From positions 2,062-66,061 of the forward strand of contig JAIRRP010000052.1 in NCBI GenBank assembly GCA_031255915.1: 64,000 nucleotides of DNA, in the 5' to 3' direction. This DNA is from Puniceicoccales bacterium. GTDB taxonomy: Bacteria > Verrucomicrobiota > Verrucomicrobiia > Opitutales > JAIRLG01. The notes beneath the pieces are model-generated. The model ran no database searches. It was not told where the DNA came from and saw only the letters and a list, made by a program, of their open reading frames with translations. The position numbers were made by a program, and so were the translations under genes. This document shows, piece after piece, positions 37,857 through 46,275 of the stretch (position 1 is its first letter; each line of letters starts with the position of its first letter).

Positions 37857-40069
37857 TGCCCACGTCGATGCCGGTACTTCCACTTGGCAGTGGGCGGGAC
37901 AATGGCGCGCTTTTCCGGCATGGATGGCTCCAGGAGCGAATTTTCCGATGCTTCTGCCGGCATTTCTCTATTGGTATCCTTCAACGGCATACCATCGGCC
38001 GAGAGGATATTGGCCGTGACGAAGATCAGGAGATTTTTCTTTTGCGTTGTCTCGCCGTGGGAACGAAACAGTTTCCCCAACAGAGGAAGATCACCGAGAA
38101 TGGGAACCTTATCATGAACTTCTTTGGCCTCCTTGTGCATGAGGCCGCCCATCACAACCGTAGAACCATCCTGAATGGTGAGTTCTGTCTTGATCTCTCG
38201 GATGGAAAAAATGGGCTGATAAAATCCCGAGGGTGTGTAGACAGTCTGGCTCGAATTCATGGCGACGCTCGTACCTCCATATTCGACGAATCCCTCGAAC
38301 TCCGTGACGACGGGGTTGAGCCGCAAGTCGATATGTCCATTATCTTCTACGGTGGGGATAGCGGACATCTCGATGCCTACTTTGCGCGTCTGAAAATTCT
38401 CAGGCCGGCCAGCGGTAATCGTAACACCGGCGCCAGAGTTGTTAATACTAGAGCTCCCCACGTCGGATTTCGTCTCACTATAACGGGCCGGGTAACGCAG
38501 TTCCTGTGCGACGGTGATGGAGGCCATTTTTCCCGAAAGGACCGTGATTTTTGGAGCACATATCATTTCGGCCCCCGTGTTTTGTTCAAGCGCCTTCATC
38601 ATGAGATTCAACTTACCACCACTGATGACGCCTACGAAATCTCCGAGAGGAACGGCGTTGTTGCCGTAATTGGCAGCATGAGGAAAAATGGGAGGACTGT
38701 TATCGATGGAAACGCCATCCGCATTACCGGCAGAGGGCACGATGCGTCCCTTACCCATCGAAGTCCTCTGGGTGGCAAAGGCTTCGGTTAATGTGCGGAT
38801 GTTCGTCGTGAAATTTCCGTCCCTGTCGCTACCGGAACCGAAGCGCCAAGTGTTCCCTCCTGCTGTGAGACCCTTTTTAAATCCCCACTGAAGGGCAAAT
38901 TCATCCAGGGCACCTTCTTGGATTTCAACGAAGCGTGTCTCGATTTCCACCTGCTTGGTTTCGCGATAACGGCACAAAATAGTGCCCAATCGACGGAGGT
39001 TAAAGGGCGTGTGGGTTACGATTAATTGCGTTCCATCGAAAACCATATCGCTGCCGGCAGTCCCGTGAAAATCGATACCTGCCCGCTGGAAGAAGTTTTT
39101 GAGGTATGCCTCTTCAAGGACTATGGTAGGGGGATGGGTATCCGAGGAAGAGGACATCGGAGGATCATCCGAGACTTTTCCCATGATTCTAACGACCGTT
39201 CCGCGCGAGATGGGAAAAAATCTCGTCTCGAGGGCACTGGGTTCTTTGGGATTAAAAAACACGACGGCACCATCGATGATATCGAATTGGTAGTGAACCG
39301 CTTTAGCGACGAAGCGCAGTATGCGCTCCAGTGACATGCCACAGAGTCGCAACGTGAGCGTCGTAGAGGGGACATTTCCCAAAACGACCATATTGAATCC
39401 CCTCTTCTCCGGCGAGAGAGAGGGGTCATCGTGCCGTATCGCCATTTCCTTAAGCACTTCTATGGCATGCCCAAAGCTGGCTCCCTGGAACTCGATTTCC
39501 GGCAGTACGATGCTTTGGAGCCTTTTTATAATGGCGGTTTCCTCGTCCATGTCCTGACAGGAAGTTTTTTCTGAAGTATTTTGAATCATGGGCCATTTAC
39601 CTGAAGGAAGATATGAGGTCTTCGGCTGCGATTTTCTGTATTTCGCACCGTCATCCTGCCTTCGTTTGGCAAGACAGAGTCGTTCTCCCGCCCTTGCATC
39701 GGCCGAGTTTTCGTCCAGATAAAGTACATGGCGGAAGCAGAGTAGGGCCCTATCAATCTGGCCAAAGGTGTAGAATTTATATCCGAGCGCCAGCCATTCC
39801 TGGGAGGAATTTTCCCAGGAAGAGGATGCTGCTTGGTCGGGAATATTGTTTTCGGAAGAGGGAAGTATATGACTTGGTCGGGTATTTACGGGAAAAGAGG
39901 TTGCTGGATTGGGATTTTTATGGTGGATTAGGGGGGAATCCGAGTAGGTACCCGAGAGGCTTATTTTCTGGATAAACCTGCCGAGGGTTTCCCCATGGCT
40001 GAGGGTGTGGAAATGGCAGCAACAGACTATCCCAAAAAGGAGCCACTCTCTGCACTTTTTTTTCACCAT
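37853..40069 (-). CDS. gspD: secretin (GspD/PilQ family) with N-terminal TPR-like segment
   Basis: C-terminal secretin signature GSTVVMGGLMHKEAKEVHDKVPILGDLPLLGKLFRSHGETTQKKNLLIFVTANIL, with KQVEIETRFVEIQEGALDEFALQW at the domain start. TPR-like WLALGYKFYTFGQIDRALLCFRHVLYLDENSADA. The start was set to the ATG at 40069 (AGGGAGGA upstream, MVKKKCREWLLFGIVCC signal-like) because upstream codons come from repeat R2. Confidence 0.85.
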   Translation of the reverse strand: MVKKKCREWLLFGIVCCCHFHTLSHGETLGRFIQKISLSGTYSDSPLIHHKNPNPATSFPVNTRPSHILPSSENNIPDQAASSSWENSSQEWLALGYKFYTFGQIDRALLCFRHVLYLDENSADARAGERLCLAKRRQDDGAKYRKSQPKTSYLPSGKWPMIQNTSEKTSCQDMDEETAIIKRLQSIVLPEIEFQGASFGHAIEVLKEMAIRHDDPSLSPEKRGFNMVVLGNVPSTTLTLRLCGMSLERILRFVAKAVHYQFDIIDGAVVFFNPKEPSALETRFFPISRGTVVRIMGKVSDDPPMSSSSDTHPPTIVLEEAYLKNFFQRAGIDFHGTAGSDMVFDGTQLIVTHTPFNLRRLGTILCRYRETKQVEIETRFVEIQEGALDEFALQWGFKKGLTAGGNTWRFGSGSDRDGNFTTNIRTLTEAFATQRTSMGKGRIVPSAGNADGVSIDNSPPIFPHAANYGNNAVPLGDFVGVISGGKLNLMMKALEQNTGAEMICAPKITVLSGKMASITVAQELRYPARYSETKSDVGSSSINNSGAGVTITAGRPENFQTRKVGIEMSAIPTVEDNGHIDLRLNPVVTEFEGFVEYGGTSVAMNSSQTVYTPSGFYQPIFSIREIKTELTIQDGSTVVMGGLMHKEAKEVHDKVPILGDLPLLGKLFRSHGETTQKKNLLIFVTANILSADGMPLKDTNREMPAEASENSLLEPSMPEKRAIVPPTAKWKYRHRRGH

Positions 40070-40231
40070 ATCCTCCCTAAAATCTTTAGGCTTTAGGCTA
40101 GAATTTTCAAGGAAATAAGAAGGTATAACAGGGGATGCGGCGCGACGGTTTTTTGACAAAGGCTTCGTCACTATTTTGTTGGCCCGGAGAAGGAAATGGA
40201 TGATCCTGACCTTGGGGTGCTCTGCTGGCCT

Positions 40232-40332
40232 GGCCGCCTTTGCGGCGAGGAAAAAATGTAAAGCGGGAGCTTTCATTTTTTCTTGCCGCGGCCCGCATAG
40301 CGGGCCAGAGCCCGAAGGGCTCAAAGGCGGCC
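40232..40332 (-). repeat. GC-rich cloverleaf-like repeat, copy R2 (inverted orientation)
   Basis: ggccgcctttgcggcgaggaaaaaatgtaaagcgggagctttcattttttcttgccgcggcccgcatagcgggccagagcccgaagggctcaaaggcggcc. Its reverse complement is collinear with R4/R5. Confidence 0.85.
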
Positions 40333-40522
40333 AGCCCGACCGATCGACCGGAGACGCTGCCCAGATAATCGCACAAATGCCCATGCGCCTAACGCGAATA
40401 ACCCCAGCCCATCGGAGACGCTTGCCTAGACGCAGGCTCCATTCGCCCGAAGAAAATAATACCACTCCATAAAGTTCATTTACGCCGGTATTTTCTTCCC
40501 CATATTCCCAGAGGTTTACATC

Positions 40523-41410
40523 ATGGAACGCTACCTCCTCATCGATGGACTCAATCTCGCCTATCGTTGCTTTTTCGCCGTCCCAAGACTCACCAACCGA
40601 GAAGGTCTAGCCATCAATGCCCTTCAGGGCTGGGTGAGGGCATTGTGGAATTTGGAAGATTACCTCCAACCGCAAGGGGTTGTCGTCTTCTTCGACCAGG
40701 GAATATCTGTCCAACGGCGAGTACTTCTGGAAACCTATAAGGCCAACCGGCCCCCGATGCCGGAAGCCCTCTGTCAACAACTATCGCCGGCAAAAGAACT
40801 GGCACGATACATGGGCTATGCCCTCTATTCACAAGAGGGGATTGAGGCCGATGATCTCATGGCCTCAACGGCGCAATACTATTCCTCTTCCCGAAATATC
40901 TTCATCGCCAGTGCCGATAAGGACCTCGCCCAGTGCGTTGGGAAAAACGTATCTCTCCTGCGCCCATCGCAGCTTCCTCAGGCATCGTGGAAAATCTTCG
41001 ACACCCAACAGGTAAAACAACACTGGGGCATCGAACCTGCCCAAATGGTCGATTATCTCGCCCTCGTCGGAGATATTTCCGATAACGTACCAGGAATCCC
41101 CGGCATAGGCCCCAAAACTGCCCAGAAGTGGCTCCAATCCTTCACCACCATCGAAGGAATTTATTCCCACCTAGGGCAGATATCTCCCATTCGCTTTGCG
41201 AAGTCACTCCCTCTGTATCGAGGGCAACTGGAAATGAATCGCAAGCTCATCCAACTCGACCGGACGTTATCTGTCCCATCCCTGAGTTTCCCCATGCCTC
41301 AGGGTGAACAACTGGCGACTTTACTGCAAGAACTCGGACTCACCGCTCTCGCCACAAAAGCTCGCAGTCGATATGAAAAAAATACCGGACAGTTATCTTT
41401 TAACCTTTAG
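40523..41410 (+). CDS. standalone 5'-3' exonuclease (PolI N-terminal/FEN-like)
   Basis: YLLIDGLNLAYRCFFA, GIEADDLMAS, ASADKDLAQCV and the H3TH motif VGDISDNVPGIPGIGPKTAQKWL. Confidence 0.85.
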   Translation: MERYLLIDGLNLAYRCFFAVPRLTNREGLAINALQGWVRALWNLEDYLQPQGVVVFFDQGISVQRRVLLETYKANRPPMPEALCQQLSPAKELARYMGYALYSQEGIEADDLMASTAQYYSSSRNIFIASADKDLAQCVGKNVSLLRPSQLPQASWKIFDTQQVKQHWGIEPAQMVDYLALVGDISDNVPGIPGIGPKTAQKWLQSFTTIEGIYSHLGQISPIRFAKSLPLYRGQLEMNRKLIQLDRTLSVPSLSFPMPQGEQLATLLQELGLTALATKARSRYEKNTGQLSFNL

Positions 41411-41427
41411 TATTTCAGGATTCATCG

Positions 41428-43545
41428 ATGGAAATGCGAGCACCTAGGAGAAGAGTCGTCAAAATGTATCGGGCATATCTTCCCCATTTATTAGCATGGA
41501 CACTACGGTGTTGGGTTGCCCTTTATCCGCAGGCCACGGATGCCGCCGAGGGTATTTACGGCTTTTCCCTTCACGACTTACTCTCTTCCCAAACCACCGA
41601 CCATTCTCCTTATGCCGCGAACCCTCGTCGGGCGTGGACAATGCCCTTCAATGCCCTCATGGTGGCCGCCTGCGCGTACTCCTCCTCTTCTCCATACACC
41701 ACCTCAGGGTATGGCCCACAGGCATCCGTTTTCCCCTTTTTATCAGAAAGGGAAATCTTTGCCCACCACTCACGAACCATTTTACAGCTGCTCACCAAGC
41801 TCTTCTACTTCGAAGAGCATCCCATCCTCAATAAAGAGCAGAAGGAAAAAGCGCGCATCCTGGCATCAAGGGAATGTGTGCCCAACCATCGCGATGTGCT
41901 GCATGACCTGAAGGCAACATTGGCCACTTGGCTGACACTCTATCGCGGACGAAGATTGAGGTGGCAGCACAACACGACACCGCTTTCCAAAGCCTTTCAG
42001 TGGGCCCTTTGGCGTACCTGTCCTTCGGCTGACCCACGGGCCTTTATTCCCCTGGAAGAATGGTATATTCGCATCCACAGCCTGCGGCAAGCACTGTCTC
42101 GCCATCTTTCATCACCATTACACCCCATAGGCAATACTTCCTCTTCCATCTCACCGCCTATACCTCCCCTAACCGCCAAGGGAAAGTATCATCAAATTCT
42201 GCAAGGGCTCGACGACCTTGGAAATGAATGGATTCTCAAGCCATTTCACTTCCAGGAGCATGTCGGAGGTTGCCTCTGCAGCGGTGTATTGCCGCATCTC
42301 TCTCATCTTATCGGCCGCAACGTCATGAGCTATCGCCTGGGAGAATGGATCTGTCCCGGAATGGTCGTCGAAACATACCCATGCCTCATCCCAAATTTTA
42401 CAGCCGAGACCTCTCATCTCAAGACTTTTTCCCTGGGCATATGCATGAGGAAGGCGCGAGGAATTCCCTTCACTTATTATTGGAAACCAAGAACAGAGCA
42501 GGACCATAAGTGCGCAAAACTGGATCAAGAGAGGGACATCGTTCTCTACATATTAAGCCAACTTGTGGCGGGAAAGCGTCCCGACGAGCCGCTGGAATCG
42601 CTTCGGAAAAGCGACGAACTCAACACCCTCTTCGCCTCGGATGGTGCCGAATTACAAGGCGCTCTGGCACAGTGGCAATCCCTCTCTTCCGTGATAAAAA
42701 CTCTTTTTTTCGATGCCTGGAAACGTTACGAAGCGGAAGTAAATCAACTTCACCAGCGGCTCTCTCCGGGTACTCTGGTCCGCAACATCACGCGGATGCA
42801 ATGGCTCGATGCGCTCCTGCTACAGGGCGATCGGCATCATCATAATTTTTATGTCGCCATCGACGAAAATCCCTATGCGATCCAGTTGATCGACAATGAC
42901 CAGTGCCTGGGTCCACTCCACCCAAAATCGCATTATACTGCATTTCCCGCAAAGATTTTTGAAGAGCAGATGGGCGTATCACTCGATGACTACTTCCGCA
43001 ATCGAGGGCCGACCATTGCTGAATTATGGGCCCACCATGGAGGAAAATCCGTCGCTCCTCTTCCGCAAATCATCGACGAAACCACGGCTAAAAATTTTGA
43101 GCATTGTTCTTCAGAAATAGCAGCATCGCTGGCCGATGGTTGGCTGCTACCGGAAGAAATTTCCGCCCTACAGCACCGTCTACAGGCCATCCAAGCATTT
43201 ATAGCACTATTGAGAACTCGCCATCGCGTCATTCCTGAAGACCCCTCTCTTTGGGAAAATTCGTCCATCACCGCCCTCTTGCAATTCCATGATCCGGAGA
43301 TATACGATCCCTTGTGGCCCGAGACTATGTACATTCGAAATTCCTCCGAGAAAACCCAGAGCAATCCCATTCGCGTCCTGACGCTCTACCAGAAACTCTG
43401 CCGAGAAAAAGACCGGGAGCAGAATACGTACCACCAACTGAGAGCCTGTGTCGATGTTCTGCCAAAGTCCGTAATGCCCGAAAAAGCCTCTCCAAAGGAA
43501 TCCTCTTCGGCTTCATCCTCTGTTTCGGCCGGGCGCCGCCTTTGA
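41428..43545 (+). CDS. hypothetical protein with kinase-like catalytic loop (PI3/PI4-kinase type GDRHxxN ... IDND)
   Basis: 705 aa. LLLQGDRHHHNFYVAIDENPYAIQLIDNDQCLG spans residues 463-495 (42814..42912). A candidate ATP-Lys lies in NEWILKPFHF. The last 3 codons and the stop are supplied by repeat R3. Confidence 0.6.
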   Translation: MEMRAPRRRVVKMYRAYLPHLLAWTLRCWVALYPQATDAAEGIYGFSLHDLLSSQTTDHSPYAANPRRAWTMPFNALMVAACAYSSSSPYTTSGYGPQASVFPFLSEREIFAHHSRTILQLLTKLFYFEEHPILNKEQKEKARILASRECVPNHRDVLHDLKATLATWLTLYRGRRLRWQHNTTPLSKAFQWALWRTCPSADPRAFIPLEEWYIRIHSLRQALSRHLSSPLHPIGNTSSSISPPIPPLTAKGKYHQILQGLDDLGNEWILKPFHFQEHVGGCLCSGVLPHLSHLIGRNVMSYRLGEWICPGMVVETYPCLIPNFTAETSHLKTFSLGICMRKARGIPFTYYWKPRTEQDHKCAKLDQERDIVLYILSQLVAGKRPDEPLESLRKSDELNTLFASDGAELQGALAQWQSLSSVIKTLFFDAWKRYEAEVNQLHQRLSPGTLVRNITRMQWLDALLLQGDRHHHNFYVAIDENPYAIQLIDNDQCLGPLHPKSHYTAFPAKIFEEQMGVSLDDYFRNRGPTIAELWAHHGGKSVAPLPQIIDETTAKNFEHCSSEIAASLADGWLLPEEISALQHRLQAIQAFIALLRTRHRVIPEDPSLWENSSITALLQFHDPEIYDPLWPETMYIRNSSEKTQSNPIRVLTLYQKLCREKDREQNTYHQLRACVDVLPKSVMPEKASPKESSSASSSVSAGRRL

Positions 43546-43634
43546 GCCCAAAGGGCTCTTGCCCGCTATGCGGGCCGTGGTAGGGAAAAATGCAAAGCGG
43601 GAGCTTTCATCTTTCCCTACCACAAAGGCGGCGC
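43533..43634 (+). repeat. GC-rich cloverleaf-like repeat, copy R3 (apex of the long hairpin inverted)
   Basis: The arms are collinear with R5, but the central 15-mer reads caaagcgggagcttt, the exact reverse complement of aaagctcccgctttg in R1/R4/R5. Confidence 0.85.
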
Positions 43635-43754
43635 GCCGGATCCTCCCGAGCGCGAGAGCGAGAAAATGCGCGAAAAAAACACAGGAGGTATGAAAAAGCT
43701 AATCTTGACGGAGACATTCGAGATGGTTACCTCTTCAGATCCATAAGGACTTGT

Positions 43755-43952
43755 ATGTTGAAAACGAGAAAATCAATAGCGAAGCGATTCAAGATTACCG
43801 GTAGCGGCAAGGTCCTGCACCGCACGCCGGGACATCGCCACTTTTTGCGCACTAAGACCACCCAACAACGCCGCATGGCACATCAGGATCATCCCATAGC
43901 ATCGAATGGGCTCAGAAAACAAATCTTGCGAGCCATCGCGGTAGGCCTTTAG
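43755..43952 (+). CDS. rpmI: 50S ribosomal protein L35
   Basis: MLKTRKSIAKRFKITGSGKVLHRTPGHRHFLRTKTTQQRR. AAGGA lies upstream of the ATG at 43755. The listed longer ORF begins inside repeat R3. Confidence 0.9.
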   Translation: MLKTRKSIAKRFKITGSGKVLHRTPGHRHFLRTKTTQQRRMAHQDHPIASNGLRKQILRAIAVGL

Positions 43953-44041
43953 AATCATCACTCTTTCAAAACCTACAGAGTGAATTTTCTGGCGACCTAT
44001 AGGTTTTTCATAATACCATCACCATTTAACAAAGGAAAAAC

Positions 44042-44404
44042 ATGCCAAGAGCTACAAATGCTGTTGCAACCCATCGGCGTCATCGCCGAACTTTGAAAGC
44101 GACTCGCGGTTATTTTGGAAATAAATCGCGACTCTTTCGCTATGCCCGAGAAGCTTTAAGGCGTTCCGGACAGTTTGCCTACCGCGACCGGCGCAAAAAA
44201 AAGACGGAAATGCGTCAGCTATGGATCATCCGCCTCAATGCCGCGTGTCGGCCTTCGGGTCTACCGTATTGCCGCTTCATCGCCGGCCTCAAGGCGGCGA
44301 ACATCTCATTGGATCGCAAATCCCTAAGTGAAATGGCCATCCATGATCCGGAAGCCTTTCGTTCCATCGTCGTGCGCGCTCAAGAAGCGCTCTCACAGCA
44401 ATAG
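44042..44404 (+). CDS. rplT: 50S ribosomal protein L20
   Basis: MPRATNAVATHRRHRRTLKATRGYFGNKSRLFRYAREALRRSGQFAYRDRRKKK ... LWIIRLNAA. Confidence 0.95.
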   Translation: MPRATNAVATHRRHRRTLKATRGYFGNKSRLFRYAREALRRSGQFAYRDRRKKKTEMRQLWIIRLNAACRPSGLPYCRFIAGLKAANISLDRKSLSEMAIHDPEAFRSIVVRAQEALSQQ

Positions 44405-44414
44405 TCCCCTCGCC

Positions 44415-45746
44415 ATGAGTGATGAACAGGAGCGCTGGAAGGCACTTATTCGCCATATGTTCGCCCAGGCGGAGCGAAATCGAGCTAATCATACGGAAGG
44501 TACGGCCGATGACCATGGACCTGAAGTAGGTCTTTTGGCTTCTGAATATGGGGGAAAAGCATTCCCAAAAGAAGCCCTGGAACAGTTGCTGAAACAAATG
44601 CTCCAGCGGCTCGGAAACAGCGAAGGTCTTCAGGGTTCCCTCTCCTCTGTGCTTTCCTCCCTCGCGCCCAATTCGCAATTGCATCAACTCATCGACAGTT
44701 ACCTACGGGAGCATTCCATGGAAGCCCTGATTATTCAGGCAAAGGCAGAACTCGCATCCCTGCAACGGCGGCAGGATTGGGAAGCCAGTAAGGCGCGTTT
44801 CCTGGGCCCCAATGGTTCTCTTCGGACATTCATGAAGGGGCTCCAGCAGCTGCCTCCCGACCAACGTCCCGCATTCGGACAGAAGATCAATGCGATTAAA
44901 ATCGCCCTTGAATCCCTCTTTTCAGACAAGCTCAAGGCCATCGAAGGCGACCTATTACGGCAGCAATTGCCACTTCCTGTCGACATCACATTAAGGCCAC
45001 GTACCTCCGCCAATGGCTGTTTACACCCCCTCACACAGTTGCGCCATCGCATCGACGACATCTTTCACCGCATGGGCTATACCATTGCCGATGGCAGCGA
45101 AATAGAGACCGAATGGTTTTGTTTCGACGCACTGAATACTCCGCCCAACCATCCCGCCCGCAACGAACAGGATACGTTCTATCTCCCGCCAGATATTCCG
45201 GTTGGCAACGTGAGTCGTCGCGAAAAAGAACGCTACCTCCTGCGCTCGCATACCTCTACGGTCCAAATTCGCACAATGCTGTCGGAACATCCACCTCTGA
45301 GCATTGTCTCGCGTGGACGTGTCTTCCGACGCGACACCCCTGATGCGACACACAGCGCCAATTTTCATCAATACGAAGGCCTCCGCGTCGATCGACAGAT
45401 TTCCTTCGCCGATCTCAAAAATACCCTCTTTTTTTTCCTGAAAGAGCTCTTTGGCGATACCATTCGCATACGTCTCCGACCCAGCTTCTTCCCCTTCACA
45501 GAACCCAGTTTTGAGGTGGATATTCAATCGCCCTCCATGGGAAAACTCAGCCATCAATGGATAGAGGTTCTCGGTTGTGGCATGGTCGATCCGGAGGTTT
45601 TCCGTGCCGTGGACTACGATCCCCAAGCGTGGAATGGCTTCGCCTTTGGTATCGGCCTAGAGCGCATCGCCATATTCCTCTATGGCCTAGAGGATGTGCG
45701 GCATTTCTACCGCAATGATCAGCGCTTTTTGAAACAATTCGCATAG
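44415..45746 (+). CDS. pheS: phenylalanine--tRNA ligase alpha subunit (with possible ~100-aa N-terminal extension)
   Basis: Class II core HPARNEQDTFY, LLRSHTSTVQIR, GRVFRRD, FEVD and FGIGLERIA. Canonical PheS aligns from the Met at 44718 (MEALIIQAKAELASL...), but the frame is open and protein-like from the ATG at 44415. No pheT follows. Confidence 0.85.
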   Translation: MSDEQERWKALIRHMFAQAERNRANHTEGTADDHGPEVGLLASEYGGKAFPKEALEQLLKQMLQRLGNSEGLQGSLSSVLSSLAPNSQLHQLIDSYLREHSMEALIIQAKAELASLQRRQDWEASKARFLGPNGSLRTFMKGLQQLPPDQRPAFGQKINAIKIALESLFSDKLKAIEGDLLRQQLPLPVDITLRPRTSANGCLHPLTQLRHRIDDIFHRMGYTIADGSEIETEWFCFDALNTPPNHPARNEQDTFYLPPDIPVGNVSRREKERYLLRSHTSTVQIRTMLSEHPPLSIVSRGRVFRRDTPDATHSANFHQYEGLRVDRQISFADLKNTLFFFLKELFGDTIRIRLRPSFFPFTEPSFEVDIQSPSMGKLSHQWIEVLGCGMVDPEVFRAVDYDPQAWNGFAFGIGLERIAIFLYGLEDVRHFYRNDQRFLKQFA

Positions 45747-46275
45747 GGTATTTTTTTAATTGTGTGGCCTCGCGGTACGTAAAACGAAGTATTTTCGCCA
45801 TCGCTATCGCTATTGACGCAACGGGAATATTTCACTCCTTTTCTTTTCTCATGCGTCTGTGCCGCTTCTTTATCCTATACCTGTCCTGTCCATTCTGCCT
45901 TTTCGGGAGTAGAAACCGCCCTTATCGTCATCACGAGTGCGCATTTGATCATCGATACATTTCCATCAGTCCTACGATCAGTGATGGACTCGTGGGTATT
46001 TTGCGTTGCGATACCTCATGGACTTCCCGTTCGCATCGAGTTCTCCATTATTGGCTCTCGGATAGCCATGGGAATTTCATCATGGGGCTGGATTTCAGTT
46101 CCTTCCATATGCCGCGAGGAGGACTGGGTTTATGGCTGGACCAGCGCGTCCATATTCGTGGGAAGAAGATCGATGGGAAATCCCATCCGGCATTCCTGCG
46201 CGTGGATTTTATCCAAAGAGAGGAGAATCCTGACCATTCTCGTGAGGCACCAACCTTTTCCGCCGAACAGGGGGT

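Noticed and set aside
37856-38791. Large antisense shadow ORFs, e.g. 37856..38791 (+, 311 aa, inside the secretin), 45021..45626 (-, 201 aa, inside pheS), 46480..47118 (-, 212 aa, inside the KAS III gene), 35838..36230 and 36836..37279 (-, alternate frames within the 582-aa gene), and 14854..15270 (-).
   Set aside because: Each lies entirely within a confidently identified or much longer CDS, on the opposite strand or in another frame. They have Arg/Ser/Gly/Pro-rich or otherwise odd composition and no motifs.
40348-40425. A direct repeat cggagacgct(t)gcc (40348 and 40412) upstream of the 5'-3' exonuclease gene as an operator.
   Set aside because: It is a single imperfect pair adjacent to repeat R2 flank sequence, so it is probably part of the extended repeat. 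There is no supporting context.
40070-40465. The first 132 codons of the listed 870-aa secretin ORF (MVLFSSGEWSLRLGK...KMKAPALHFFLAAKAARP...).
   Set aside because: This stretch is read through repeat copy R2 and its flank. The same KMKAPALHF-type peptide appears wherever the repeat occurs. An internal ATG at 40069 has a strong AGGGAGGA site and a signal-like N-terminus, so the CDS was trimmed.
43590-43754. A 5' extension of the rpmI ORF (MQSGSFHLSLPQRRRAGSS...).
   Set aside because: It starts inside repeat R3, and a near-identical peptide (MQSGSFHFSFPRPAQRARA) is produced by the repeat at 60976..61233. L35 aligns from the ATG at 43755, which has its own AAGGA site.
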